Of a stretch of 64,000 bases of DNA, positions 35,865-49,280 are shown piece by piece (the first letter of the stretch is position 1; the number at the start of each line of letters is the position of its first letter). Made by a program: the position numbers and the translations under genes. The DNA comes from Vicugna vicugna (lineage: Eukaryota): NCBI GenBank assembly GCA_013265495.1, contig MU058000.1, positions 2,232,001 through 2,296,000 of the forward strand, read 5' to 3'. Under the pieces are notes generated by a model, which made no database searches, was not told the DNA's origin, and saw nothing but the letters and a program-made list of their open reading frames with translations.

Positions 35865-38262
35865 AGGAAACACTTTGTTTTATTGTGCTTTGCAGATATT
35901 GGTTTTTTTTAATTAATTAATTAATTTATTTATTTATTTATTTTTTACAAATTGAAGGTTTGTTGCAACCCTTTTTTGAGCAAGTCTATTTGTACATTTT
36001 TCCAACATAATTTGCTCAGTTTGTGTCTTAGTGTCAAATTTTGGTAATTCTCACAATGTTTCAATTTGTTTATTAGTATTGTATTTATTATGGTGATCAG
36101 TGATCTTCGATGTTACTACTGTAATCGTTTTGGGATGCCGCAAACTGTGACCACGTAAGATTACAAACTCAATCAATAAATGTGTGTGTTCTGAGTGTGC
36201 TACCAACTGGCCATTCCCCTGTCCCTGTCCCTCTCCTCAGGCCTCCCTAGTCCCTGGGACACAGCGATATTAAAACTTGGCTAATTAACAATTCTACAGT
36301 GTCCTCTAAGTGTTCAAGTGTAAAGAAGGATCTTAAGTCTCCCACTTTGAATCAATAGCTAGAAATGGTCAAGCTCAGTGAGGAAAGTGTGTGGAAAGTC
36401 AACACAGGCTGAAAGCTAGGTCTTTTGCATCTGATAGCCAGGGTGTGGATGCAAAGGAAAAATTCTTAAAGGAAATTGTAAGTACTGCTCTAGTGGACAC
36501 AAGAATGATAAGAAATTTAAATAGTCTTATTGCTGATGTAGAGAAAATTCTAGTGGTCTGGATAAAAGATCATAGGAGCCACAACTTTCCCATAAGCCAA
36601 AGCCTAATCTGGAGCAGTACCCTAACTCTCTTCAGTTCTGTGAAGGCTGAGAGAGGGGAGGAAGCTGCCGAAGGAATACCTGAAGCTAGCAGAGGCGGGT
36701 TCATGAGGTTTAAGGGAAGAAGCCATCTCCATAACACAAAAGCTTAAAGTGAAGCGGCAAGTGCCAGTTTAAAAGTTGCAGCAAGTTATCCAGAAGATCT
36801 AGCGAAAATAATTAATAAAGGTGATTACACTAAACAACAGATTTTCAATATAGATGAAACAGCCTTATATTGGAAGAAGATGTCATCTAGGACTTTCATA
36901 ACTAGAGAGGAGAAGTCAATACATGGCCTCAGAACTTCAAAGAAAAGGCTGACTCTCCTGCTAGGAGCTAGTGCAGCTGATGACTTTAAGTTGAAGCCAG
37001 TGCTCATTTACGATTTTGAAAATCCTAGGGTACTTAAGAATTTTGCTCAATCTACTTTGCCTGTGCTCTACAAATGGAAAAACAAAGCCTGGATGACAGC
37101 ATATACATTTACAACATGGTTGACTGAATATTTTAAGGCCACTGTTGAGACCTACTGCTCAGAAAAAAAAAAAATTACTTTGCAAATATTACAGCTCATT
37201 AACAATGCACCTGGTCACCCAAGAGCTCTGATGGAGATGTAGGAGATTAATGTTGTTTTCATGCCCTGTTAACATAGCATTCATTCTGCAGCCCATCAAT
37301 CAATGAGCAATTTCAACCTTCAAGTCTTACTATTTAATAAATATATTTCTTAAGGTTATAACTACCACAGATAGTGGTTCCTCTGAAGAACCTGAGCAAA
37401 GTAAATTGAAAGCCTTCTTGGAAGGATTCACCATTCAAGATGCCATTAAGAACATTTCTAATTCATGGGAAGAGGTCAAAATGGCAACATTAACAGGATG
37501 GATGAAGTTAATTCTAACACTCGCGGATAACTTTGAGGGATTCAAGACCGCAGTGGAGGAAGTAACTGCAGGTATAGTAGAAACAGGAAGCAACTAGAAT
37601 TAGATGTGAGTCTAAAGATGTGACTGAACTGCTGCAATCTCACGATAGAACTTTAACAGGTAAAGAGCCACTTCATATGGGTGAGCAAAGAGAGTGGTTT
37701 CTTGAGATGAAATCTACTCCCTGTAAAAAAATCTGTGAAGACTGTTGGATTTAGAATATTACATAAACTTCATTGATAAAACAGCAGCAGAGTTTGAGAA
37801 GATTGATTCTAGTTTTGAAAGAAGTTCTACTGTGGGCAAAATGCTATTAAACAGCATTGCAAGCTACAGGGAAATCATTTCTGAAAAGAAAAGACAATCA
37901 ATGTGATAAGTTTCATTGTCTTATTTTAAGAAATTGCCACAGCCACCCCAACCCTCAGCATCTCCACCCTGATCAGTCAGCAGCCATTCACATCAAGGAA
38001 AGACTCTTCACCAGCAAAAAGGTTACAACTTGCTGCAGGCTCAGATGATGATTAGCATTTTTTAGCAATACAATTTTTAAAATTTTCCTTTTTGCTTTTT
38101 AAGATGTAATGCTAATGGACACTTAACAGAATACAGTATAGTGAAATATAACTTTTTTTATGCACAAGGAAAGCAAAAAAATTGTGTGACTTGCTTTATT
38201 GTGGCATTTGGTTTCATGTGGTGGTCCGGAATGGAATCTTTACCACCTCTGAGGTATGTCTG
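35865..38262 (+). mobile_element. Near-full-length Tigger1 DNA transposon with disrupted pogo-family transposase
   Basis: 5' 'ttttattgtgctttgcagatatt..tacaaattgaaggtttg' and 3' TIR 'ctctgaggtatgtctg' followed by TA; ORF pieces 36391-36747, 36880-37242 and 37406-37597 translate to Tigger1 transposase ([38 protein letters not shown]). Confidence 0.96.
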
Positions 38263-38814
38263 TATTCACAAAGATGGTAAAAACTCCTGCCAGATATGAG
38301 TCAGAGTTAAATAGAATAAAATATTTGGCAAAACTTAATACAGTGCACTGTGTCTTTTAGCCTGAAAAATCAAGCCTTGACAACCAGTTAGCTGTGTGGG
38401 CATGCCTGTCCACACCTATGTTTCAGCTATGAAATGTGTGGAGAAGTTTGAATTAGAATTTGAAAAAAATTATCTAATTGTATAGGTACTCAGTATGTAC
38501 TTGAGTAACTCTAAAATACTTAAATTGGTGATACTCTGTCTATTTTTTGTATTTTGGGAGCTAAGAAGCTAGCCTGGCTATGGATTTTGGTGAGGGAGAA
38601 GAGTTTACTTATTAGTGTTGAATTTGGTAGAATCACTCATATAGAACTTTATTTCAGAGTAGTAATTTGGTTGTCAAAATGAATTCTCTCTCCTAATTTT
38701 ATTATTTTGAACTATTATTAAATATATAATACAATGAACATTTTTGTGTCATATTTTCAGTATATTTTTGGGCTAAGTTCCTTTATTTTTCCCCTTAAGG
38801 AGGTTGTGAGATAT

Positions 38815-38957
38815 GTGTGTTTGGGGGTGTGTATATATATATATATATATACATATATGAAATAGTAAATTATTATATATGTAATAGTACATTTATACAT
38901 GCATAAATATGTATATACATGTATACATTTATATATAAAAATGCATATATATGTATT
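38815..38957. repeat. (TA)n/(TATG)n low-complexity tract
   Basis: Direct reading. Confidence 0.85.
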
Positions 38958-39724
38958 CAAATTAGTAAATGGAATTCAGGTTTCTGAATTAGGTTTTATC
39001 TCACCAGTTAAGAGACCACCAAGTAATAAAATCATATGTGAAATCTCTAATAGAAAGAAGTTAAATCTTTTTTTTTCTCAAGTCAGAACCACAATAGCCT
39101 GAGAAATGAGTTCTTTTCATGAGATTTAGTAGCTAAGTAGTTAAAGCAAGAGCCAATAATGTGAGCCAAAGCATCTCTTTTTTTCAGGCTATAAAATGGT
39201 CTTTTAACATTAACACACTAATAAGTCGGGGTGTTTGCTTCCCTTTGGATATATTAGAAAAAACAGACAAGGTCCTTTCCTCTCCACATGCCTGTTATAA
39301 GACTCCAGGGAGAGAACCATTGTGAGAATTCAGACAGAGACAGTCAATTGCCTTATTTGCAGATTTCTTTTCCTATCCATTAATACATTTCAGAGAGTCT
39401 TCCTAGAGGACCGCCAGCCATTTGCACACTTTAAATGAGGCGTTCAGCGGCCCCCTGTTTTGCTATCCTTATTAACTAAGACGGGGAGCATTTCAGGGGA
39501 TGTTAGTGCTGCTCCTAGAAACACAGGTAACTTCAATTTCTACAGTCCTTCCTGCTCTCTCACTATCCCCCTTGTTGCAGCTTTGGGGACTTTGTTCCAA
39601 TTGGCAGTGGTACCCGGTCATCTTGCTTCATGCTTTGATGTCTGAGCAGCACTTACATGGCTAATAGCTGCTTTGAGGGACTACAGCCACATGCGACAGA
39701 TATTATGCTGATTGAAACATATGA

Positions 39725-39890
39725 CCCAGCTCATCTAATCTTCGGGCAAGTCTGTGAAGTAGGTGTTGTTATTACCGCATTTCAGAGATGGGAAACTGAA
39801 GCCTAGAATATTATGTAACTTACCAGAAGTAGCAGAGTTTGTGCTAGACATAAGGTTTGAACAAATGACGTCTGATTCTGGAACTGGCTC
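39725..39890 (-). mobile_element. MIR SINE
   Basis: 'ctcatctaatctt...tgtgaagtaggtgttgttattacc.catttcagagatgggaaactgaagcctaga...taactt'. Confidence 0.85.
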
Positions 39891-40384
39891 TTATGGCTTA
39901 CCAGTTAGTTAGAAAAAAATACTGAGTCTTTAGTCATCTGCATCAGAGCCTAGGAAATAGGAACGGATAAGGATGAAATGTCACACACCCAGCCGAGAAG
40001 AGTGGCATAAGAAGCTATAAAGTTAGAATGACTTGCATAAATTAAAGGCATGTCAGGGGTGAGATTCTGTGCTGTTTATGGCTTTATAGTATGATTCAAG
40101 TCCCACAGAAGCTGGAAAATAAATTCCAGCTACCCAACAAGTTCATTTTTTTCTCTTTTTTTGCTTATTTAGTGTATCAAAATCCCCAAGTATTCCTGGC
40201 CAGAGTCTGGAAGAGTTTTCAAAGGATATTTGCTTTGACAGACTCAGAATCTCAAAGTCCCCAAGTGAATCTAACATTGCTAGTAGTAAAAATAGCTATT
40301 TGTAAATGATGAGTAACTGTGTATCACCGACAGGCAGATCTTTCTAAGTATTGTTTCCTTTCTGTTGAACTTATTTTATGAAAA

Positions 40385-40407
40385 CACACACACACACACA
40401 CACACAC
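40385..40407. repeat. (CA)n microsatellite
   Basis: Direct reading. Confidence 0.95.
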
Positions 40408-40783
40408 GTCACTGCACACATGACACTGTTGAAGTATGCATTTTTCTTTAAAAAAGAATACCAGGGGTGGATGAAAATTGTGGTTGGAATGTTCACATTC
40501 TAATATCTACAGCAAGGAAGTCTATAGTGCAGATCAGCACATTTTCCCCTTGCTCATGTCCCCAAAGAAGCATAGCTGAAAAATACCTTAGTGATACATG
40601 CTTTTAGCGTTAGAAAACCAACCGACAGTCTTTGAAAACATTGTATTTAATGATAAATGCCTTCACAGCCTAGAAGGTGACAGTGCACTTTCTTTTGATC
40701 CTGAAAATCTACACATACACACACACACTCAGAAAAAAAAACCCCCCAAAATCTTCTGCGTTTGACGTGCTATACCTACAATC

Positions 40784-40802
40784 CAACACTAGAGGGCAGT
40801 GC
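40784..40802 (+). promoter_or_regulatory. Candidate CTCF binding site
   Basis: caacactagagggcagtgc closely matches the CTCF core CCAC(C/T)AG(A/G)GGGC(A/G). Confidence 0.55.
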
Positions 40803-42519
40803 AGCTATTGTCATTCCGACCTGCCAGGTTTTGATCACATTTCCTGATGCTATTATAGAGTATAGAAAGCATACATTAATTTAAAATAAACTGCACGCAT
40901 TTGTTTTAAAAGCACTCAGCTTGTACCTGATCGTTAATAGATGTGAACTGCTTGGGGCCCTGATGCACACAGAGTAGTGAACATAATGAATCTGGCAGAT
41001 TTTTTAAAGCAAGTGGGAGGGTAGACAAATATGAACTAAAGTTTTTCATTTGCCTTAATACCTTAAGGGGAAAAAAAATCAGAAATAATGAAGAACCATT
41101 ACGAGCAAGCTGGTAGGTATAAGTATTCTTTTACATTTAAATGAAAATAGCGCACAAGAGAAGAAAAGATGTGATTCAAATAGTTTCAAGCGTCTCATCT
41201 GAAATGCAAAAGAGCGATTTGTATTTATGTTAACTTCGGTGGATGCCTCTGGTTTGTTTGGTCCTTCTTAAAGATTCGTTTCTATTTACCTGGGCAATGG
41301 GCATTTGGAATTTGAGATGGAGGCTGTACGAAAACTTCTTCAATGTGAAGCATAGAAGGTTTGATACTAACAGGAAAAAAAGAGCGTGGTGACTTGAACC
41401 CCCCCCTCAGGAAGGAGAAAGGGACAAAGTGGAACCAAGCAATACCTTAGGACGTTATTCCCTTTCACTGGTAAAACTTAAAAGAATAAACTTATAAACA
41501 CAAGGCACCAGAAATAAAAACATCCTTTCCTTCTATTTCCTGCAGTGACAAGAGATATATATTCTAGATTGTAGACAGAGCTGCCTTGGAGATAAATTGT
41601 CTGATTTCAGCATCTCAGCAGTGGATAATAGATTCCCCTCAGAACCACATAATTAAAAAATGACATTTCTGCTACTTTGTGCCAACTCAGTACTGCTGCT
41701 GCCCCTGGCTTCCGGTCCTGAGAGCCCTGCAAGGTACAACCAAACAAATTTTGCATTATTCAGTGGGACAATGTAAGGTCGTGTTAACAAAAAAATTCCT
41801 TCTGGGGGGACCAGAGGACTTGATTACATTCTTCTCTGGAAATTTCTCTTTCTGCTTTCATTCTCTCTTTTTTAAGGAAAAAATCCTGCCAACAAGAAAA
41901 GGATATGAATGATGGGATTAGGACATCCACGAACTACAAGCTGCAAGATGAAAGGAAGCACGTGTGACTAACAGAATAAATTAAGAGCCTAATTTTAGCA
42001 CTTTTTTTTTTCTGCAAACGGGAATTCAGAATCAGCCAAAAAGGAGGCCAAATGCTATGAGAAAATATATAAATCAAAGTGCTTATCAGGTCCATATCCT
42101 TAGCTGTCTTTTGGATGAGAGGGTTAATCCGTATATGGATTCTCCCCCGCCCCCGGGAGCTTCCTGAAAGGCAATTGCCTGCAGTCTGAACACCTGCTCT
42201 TCATGGGCCTCTCTGTTCACTGTACATCTCTAAAAAAGTGTGTATGCTCGACAAGCCTCCAATTAACAGGTACTAAAGTGTAAATGGATTTCCAAATGTC
42301 ACATAGCTGGTAATTAGCGAAACCAAGACTAACAATGGATCTCCTGATTCCTATTTGAAGTGTTTAAATAACAGCCAATATTCTGCAGGTGTCTTTACTT
42401 CAATTAATAAAAGCCCACCTAAGAATATTCTTTTCTTAAGACAATACAAGACTCCTCAAATACATATTATGCAATGAATCTACATGTTAGCTTTTGAACC
42501 ACAAATCTGAGAGTTTTTT

Positions 42520-42680
42520 GAGACTTCAAGCCAGGGTGTCAATCCTAGGATCACAATTTATTGTCCTGTGATTCTGAGGATTTCACTACACCTTTCATGG
42601 ATGCATTGTACTCATGAGTAAAAACGAGTATGGTTACCTGGGCTGGACTGCCTTTCTCTCAGACTTATAAAGAACATGGA
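42520..42680 (+). mobile_element. MIR fragment
   Basis: 'agccagggtgtcaatcctagga.cac..ttta..gtcctgtgatt.tgagga.ttcact..acctt...ctcatgagtaaaaacgag'. Confidence 0.55.
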
Positions 42681-42758
42681 AGATGTTGTGTCTACTGCCA
42701 ACTGCTAGAAAAAAAGTACTGGAAGTGATTATAGACATTGATCAATGTATAATGCCTA

Positions 42759-42784
42759 TAATAATAATAATAATAATAATAATA
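42759..42784. repeat. (AAT)n microsatellite
   Basis: Direct reading. Confidence 0.95.
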
Positions 42785-43079
42785 CCATAGAATAGAAGAA
42801 TACATAGAATAATACCATGGCAGTCTTGGGGTTGAGAATAAATTTTTTAGAATACTAATTTCCTAGGGCCACATCTGACATGCACTTATAAATTGCCCAC
42901 AGAGTTATGTGAATTGGTGTTGGTCATAAATCATATCCTTATATTTCTGTAAAATTTGCATAATTATTAAAAATCATGAACATTTATACTTATTTACAGT
43001 GACTTTGAATCATATGCACAGCAGTTTATATATTGATGGCTCAGATAAAATGGCCTAATTGTCTTTCATTCCATTATTA

Positions 43080-43815
43080 TAACATGAAAATACTTATGCC
43101 CAAGATTATTCATTTAAGCAGTGTTAGTAATTATAAAATAATGGATACAACCTAAATACATACATAGAAGAGTACATAAGTTAAATATAATTATGCACAG
43201 AATTGAGTACAGTGTAACTGTACAAATGGAGACAGATTTCTATGAACAAATCTGGACTAATTCAATAAACTCTTGTTAAACAATAAAGCAAAGTACAATA
43301 AAGTATTTATGATATATGTCATATAAGAAAGGTAGGAATATAACAAGTTATAGATGCATGTTCTTATTTGTGAAGAAGCAGCACAATGGCAGGGAGAAGG
43401 CTAAACAAGATGAAAAGAATGGGGGGAAGAAATGGAGTAGTTCAGATGGACAGGCAGTGACATTTTCTGAAGTATACTTTTAGGATAGCTCAGAAACTAC
43501 AGTCATGGTAAGATTTCCACACACCAAAAATACAGATGGAAAAATTAGAATCGACCAGGATGTGAGGGAAACCTAACATGGAATTCAGGCAGTAGCTAAT
43601 GAACCTAATTACATTATTGTTGGGTAACATAACCACACTAAAGAAGTTAATGGGAGTATAGTCATGTTATTTTTTTGTTTTTGATAATGTACTATGGTTA
43701 TGTAAATGTTAATTTTAGGGGAAGTTGAGTAAATAACATATTAAATAAAACTGTTATTTTGCAACTTTTTATAAGTCTTAAAGTATTTTTTAAGTTAAAA
43801 AAACAAAAACAAAAA
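43080..43815 (+). mobile_element. Old L1 3' UTR (L1MC/MD-like)
   Basis: 'caagattattcat..gcagtgtt..taat..aaaataatgga.acaacctaaat', 'ttgataatgtactatggttatgtaa.atgttaa..ttaggggaag...ttttgcaactttt.ataagtc.taaa'. Confidence 0.7.
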
Positions 43816-43850
43816 ATATTCCATGGACACTGGCACTTCATTATTTAGTG

Positions 43851-46060
43851 CCACAGATAATATAATACTCAATGGGGAAAAGCTAAAAGCTTTTCTTCTA
43901 AGATCAGGACCAAGCCAGGGTGTCCACTTTTGTCATTTTTTTTTCAACATAGCATTGGAAGTCCTAGACACAATAATTAGACAAGAAAAAGAGATTAAAA
44001 AAATTCCAGTTAAAATGAAAGAAGTAAAACCATCACTATTTGCAGATGACAGAATTCTATATACATAAAACCCTAAAAATTACACACACACACACAAACT
44101 ATTGGAAGTAATAAAAAATTCAGTAAAGCTGTTGGATAAAAAATTAATATATAGAAATCCATAGCATTTCTATACACTCATAATGATCTACCAAAAAGAG
44201 AAATTAAGAAAACGATCTCATTTAAACTTTCATTAAAAAGAATGAAATGCCTAGGAATAAATCTAGCTGGGGAAGTGAAACATCTGTACTCTGAAAACTA
44301 TACAAAATTGATGAAACAAATTGGACACATATAAATGGAAAGATATACCATGCTCACAGGTAGAAATAATTTATATTGTTAAAATATCCATACTACCTAA
44401 GGCAATCTGTTCAATGCAATCCCTATCAAAACACCGAAGACATTTTTCACAGAGCTAGAACAAATAATCTCAAAGTTTGTATGAAATCACAAAAGATCCC
44501 AAAGCAATCTTGAGAAAGAAAAATAAAGCTGGAGATATCATACACCCTGATTCTAAACGATACTGCAAAGCTATAGTAATCAAAACCACGTAGTACTGGC
44601 ACAAAAACAAATAGCTCAAGGAACAGGACAGAGAGCCCAGAAACAGACCCATGCTTATGAGGTCAATTAATCCTTAGCAAAGGAGGCAAGAATAAACAAT
44701 GGGGAAAAGACAGTTTCTTCAATAAATGGTGGTGGGAAAACAGGACAGCAACATTAAAAGAATCAAACTTGACTACATCCTCATACCATATGAAAAATAA
44801 ACTCAAAATAGATTAAAGACTGAAATGTAAGACCTAAAATCATAAATCTCCTAGAAGAAAATATAGGCAGTACAGTCTTTGACATTGATCTTAGCAATAT
44901 TTTCTTGGATCTGTCTCCTCAGGCAAGGGGAACAAAAGCAAAAATAAACAAATGGAACTGTATCAAACTAAAAAGTTTTTGCACAGTGAAGGAAACCATT
45001 AACAAAATGAACAAGCAGTCTATTGAATGGGAGAAGATATTTGCAAATAATTTTTCAAGAAGGGGTTAATATCCAAACTATATAAAGAAATCACACACAT
45101 ACAAAAAAAAAAAAAAACAAAAACAAAAAACAAATCAATCTGATTAAAAAATGGGCAGAGGACCTGAATAGACATTTCTCCAAAGAAGACATACAAATAG
45201 CCAACAGACGTATGAAAAGATGTTCAGCATCATTAATTATCAGGGAAATGCAAATCAAAACCAGAATGAGATGTCACCTCACACCTGGTAGAATGGCTAT
45301 GATTAAAAAGATAAGAGGTTACAAATGCTCGTGAGGATATGGAGAAAAGGGAATCCTTGTGCCCTGATGGTGGAAGTGTAAACTGGAGCAGCCACTATGG
45401 AAAACAATATGGAGGTTCCTAAAAAAAATTAGAAGTAGAACTACCATACAATCCAGCTCTCCGGCTGCTAGGAATTTACTCGAAGAAACCAAAGTCACTA
45501 ATTTGAAAAGATATATACACCCCTATGTTCATTGCAGGATTAGTTACAATAGCCAAGATATGGAAGCAACCTAAATATCCATCAATAGATGAATGGATGA
45601 AAAAAATGGAACATTATCAACCATAGAAAAGACTGAAATGTTTCCATTTGCATAATCTAGAGAGTATTATGCTAAGTGAAATGTCAGGCAGAGACAGACA
45701 AATACTATATGACTTCACTTATATGTAGAGTCTAAAAAGCAAGCCAAAGGAACAAGTAAAATAAAACAGAAACAGATTTAGATAGAGAACAAGCTGGTGG
45801 TTGCCAGCGAGGAGAGGGTAGAGGGACGATCAAAATATATGAAAGGTCTTAAGAGACACAAACTTCCGAATATAAAACATCAAAGTCATGGAGATGTAAT
45901 ATACAGCAAAGGAATATAATAAATACCCTAATAATTTTGTATGATGATAGTTACTAGATTTATATTGGTGATCATTTCACAATGTATGTGATTATCAAAT
46001 CACTGTGTTATATCCTTTAAACTAACATAATATCATATGTCATTTATACTCAATTAAATT
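43851..46060 (+). mobile_element. 5'-truncated L1 (RT C-terminal part of ORF2 through 3' UTR, L1MA9-like), disrupted
   Basis: Translation [19 protein letters not shown]...[25 protein letters not shown]; continuous L1 ORF2/3' UTR motifs to 'tgtcatttatactcaattaaa' plus A-rich tail; many frameshifts. Confidence 0.95.
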
Positions 46061-46379
46061 AATAGATTAGTGAATTAAATAACAAAAAAACTGACAAAAG
46101 GAAAAAATAGAAAAAAACCTTAAAGTTGAAAGTGAATTTTTAACACGTTTGGAAAAACATTCTAATTTCTAGTAATGATAATGATTTTATAATTTAATTA
46201 CTTATTACAAGCCAGTGAAGTGGGATGTAAGCCTTACCCCAACTTTACGAGATAGACAGCAGTGTTCTCTCCATTTCAAGGAGGGGTCGAATAGCAATTA
46301 AAGGGTTAAATTATTTGCCTAAACGCAAAGTCCAAATTTTTTTCCTATGTTCTAAAAGAAGCTTTTATTTACTGAGTAC

Positions 46380-46600
46380 CTAATGAGATTGTCATTTTGC
46401 ATACTATATACATTATCACTGTAAAAATAACTCATATCCTTATTTAAACATTAGAAAACTGAATTCACAGAGGCTAGGTAATAATCACAAGTAACTTAAA
46501 TGAGCATGTTTTTGGTTCTACTTCTGTTCTTTATAATCGTCACTGCTAACTTCACCTGAGATCAACGTGGCTGATTCAAAAATCCATATTCTTTTCTAGA
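46380..46600 (-). mobile_element. MIR fragment
   Basis: 'tatccttatttaaaca.ttagaaaactgaattcacagaggctaggtaa'. Confidence 0.5.
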
Positions 46601-46904
46601 GATTATATTGAATCTCTAGCTAAAAGAGGTTAATAGAAATTTTAGTTTGTCGTGTGTTTTTTATTAAAATGTAAACACAAACAATATATATCTGTATAGC
46701 CACGATTAAATGACAAATACATGTTTTTAATTCTGTAGATAGAACCAGACAGTAATATTTTCAATAAAATTGAACACTACACACACACACTTACACACAC
46801 ACACACACAAACTCACAACTGATCCATGACAACTAAACAAACGTAGATACCCAAAACTTTTATTCTTCATTTCTTTGTCTATAAATTCCTCTCCACGTCT
46901 TATT

Positions 46905-47600
46905 TAGTGTATGTCCTAGGGAGAAGCAACGTGATGGCCATAATCCCATTGCTAACTTGTGTAACAGAACTAAGCCTGAGCCTTGACCTCTGCTCAGTTT
47001 GGAGGGTCAAACTTTTCTGGTCTTTTCCAGTGCACTTGTGGGCCTGGCGGCCAAAAATTTATTTGTGTGAAGAACTGAAGAAGGAACTCTCCGAAGGACA
47101 AAGAGGAGTAGACAGAGAATCTTAGACAAGAGTCAGTTAGTAGTGTGGAAGAGGATTTGGAATAGAGCAGTGGGTTTGATTTTCCCTAGATGTACCCCTG
47201 AAGGGAGGGGACCATTTGGGACCACGTTTGTGAGGTCTGTGAGGATTAAGAGGAGGAAACAACGTTAGGAAAAAATTACAAAGTTGCTTTCACTGTGACG
47301 TGCAAAATAACAGAAAAAGGAGCAAGTCCCCTCTCTCAGCACCTGCCAACCACACAAGGTCCTTGTTCTCCTGAGGCTCAGAGCACACCAGGAATGTAGA
47401 TATATTTATTTCCAGAGTTCTGGGAGCGCCTGTGCCTGGTGGAAGGTCTTCAATGCAAGTGCCAAAGACGGCAGTGTAGACTCCTTCACAAAATGAGGAC
47501 TGCGGAGGACTTTCTAAGAAATACGACCCAAGGTCATCCAAGAAGAGAGGAAGGGAGGAAGTGGCAATATGAGACAGAGGCAATGCAACTTCCTGTGTAG
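46905..47600. mobile_element. Possible ancient LTR remnant (Gypsy/ERVL-like, unresolved)
   Basis: GC-richer, purine-rich island with LTR-like composition; no confident family match. Confidence 0.3.
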
Positions 47601-47849
47601 GGGAGACACCACTTCTGGAGGCTCTTCAGAAAAAAATTGAGTGAAGTTGTATAGAAGTGTTTTTTGGTGAGAATTTTTTGTTACTTGTGGGGAGAAATCC
47701 AACAGAATAATTTTATTATACTTAATTCATTCATCTTCATTGTAGCCTTGGAAAACAAGCGATACCAAACATTGAGCTGCCATTCTTTTATTTAGAAAGA
47801 AAAAAATATTCCTAAAAGTATTTAAAGCAACTAAAACATATTCCTTCAG

Positions 47850-48253
47850 TGAGTTAAGGTGCACTAACTAAACTTCAATTCAAAGCATCTAATGGCTTGA
47901 ACCAAAAGTAAGTTCAAAGAACAGTTCTAAGAGGGGCATAGTCTGGCCATGGAGGTCTCCTCCACGTCATCACCCAGGGCCTGGATCTGAAGGAGGCTCT
48001 GTAATCTTCTATGTGCAGGTTCCCAAACTGCCCTGGAGGTTGCCGCCTTTCTGATAGCCAAAGGGATAAAGAGAATGGGCTTGTTGCTCATGGGAGGACT
48101 TTATAGTTCAAGCCTGTAAGTAGCACATACCTCTTCAGCCTGCCTTCCACGGTTCAGAAAACACTTCATTGCTGGAGAGCCAGCCAGTGTCATGGGTGAG
48201 CCTAAGAAGAAAAGGATACAGGTTTTGGCAAATAGCCAGTAGTCTCTGCCACA
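47850..48253 (-). mobile_element. MLT1 (MaLR; MLT1K/L-like) solo LTR
   Basis: 'ctcctccac.tcatcacccagggcc', 'gcctg.aagtagcacatac..cttc.gcc', terminal 'ggttttggcaaatagccagtagtctctgccaca'. Confidence 0.7.
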
Positions 48254-48319
48254 CTCAACAGGCATTCTTTAAACTAGTTTGGTTTTTTTTTAATATACTC
48301 TACTGTTAATGTTTTTTAA

Positions 48320-49280
48320 CATGTTCTACTATGAGGGATGGGCCCTTAATACAGAGCCTGCAAGTAATAAGTATTCAATAAATCCTTGCTGAATCAATAA
48401 ATGAGTCACATCCTCCAAAATAAGCTCAATTTTTTAGTGACTCGTAAATGCTTAAATGAAAGTTAACCATTGCATTTCATTATGTAGAGAGATGATTTAG
48501 CTAGAACTTACTTCATTAGACCAGTCAGTAAATTTATTCAGTGTACATTTATAGAAAATCTATGATTTGCCACTGTCCTAGGCATAGAGAATACAGCAGT
48601 GAAAGAGATGATTCAATTTTCTAGTCTAACAGAGAATACATTCTAGTGGTGAAGGCAGCCAGTAAACAAATGAGCAGTGACATATATCCATTAATTCAAT
48701 GTATTATAATTTACATTGAAATGAATGCAATTAATTTCACTACACTAATGAATTTAATTCGTTTTTTGAAATGTTTGAGGCACTTTCCTAGGTGCTAGAA
48801 ATATGAATGAATATAAAATTATTTTCCTTTCGAGAGTTCATATTCTAGTGGAAAGATGGACTATATTATTAACAAACTAATTAAGTTAGCAGTATATTAG
48901 GGGCCATTAATAGTCTGGTGGGGAGAATGGAGCAGGGAGAAACTAGAAAACCCATTTCCCAAGCTGGGCTCATGGACAATAATGGTGGTGGAGTCTCTGA
49001 GTGTAGGAGAGTTACAGAAAGCAGGATGTGGACCAGGCTATGGCTGGGGGATTCCTGTGCAACAGCCAAGCTAGGGTTCTCCACGACTCAGCTCAAACCA
49101 GATTGGATAATCATATCTTAAGCATTATGACATGATTTGATGTAGAAATGGGTCTTGAGTCCTCAACTAGAGTGACAGCATAAAGGATGTCTTGTTTAAG
49201 GAATGGTGTTAAGAGAGACAAAAGATGAAGGGGCCTGTAGAGTTTTATTTTTCAGAAGAAGAGAGTGTTTAGAGGCTGAT
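48320..49280. mobile_element. Cluster of L2 3'-end fragments (both orientations)
   Basis: 'acagagcctgca..gtaataagtattcaataaat.cttgctgaat.aataaatg' (+); 'cactgtcctaggca..gagaatacagcagtgaa...acattctagtgg' twice (-). Confidence 0.7.

Noticed and set aside
36391..37597. Transposase-like ORFs as a domesticated TIGD gene
   Set aside because: Fragmented by stops and frameshifts, catalytic Asp residues mutated, embedded in a complete Tigger1 with TIRs
43823..44068. Reverse transcriptase-like ORF (FADD motif)
   Set aside because: Part of a 5'-truncated, frameshifted L1; not a functional RT or novel retro-system
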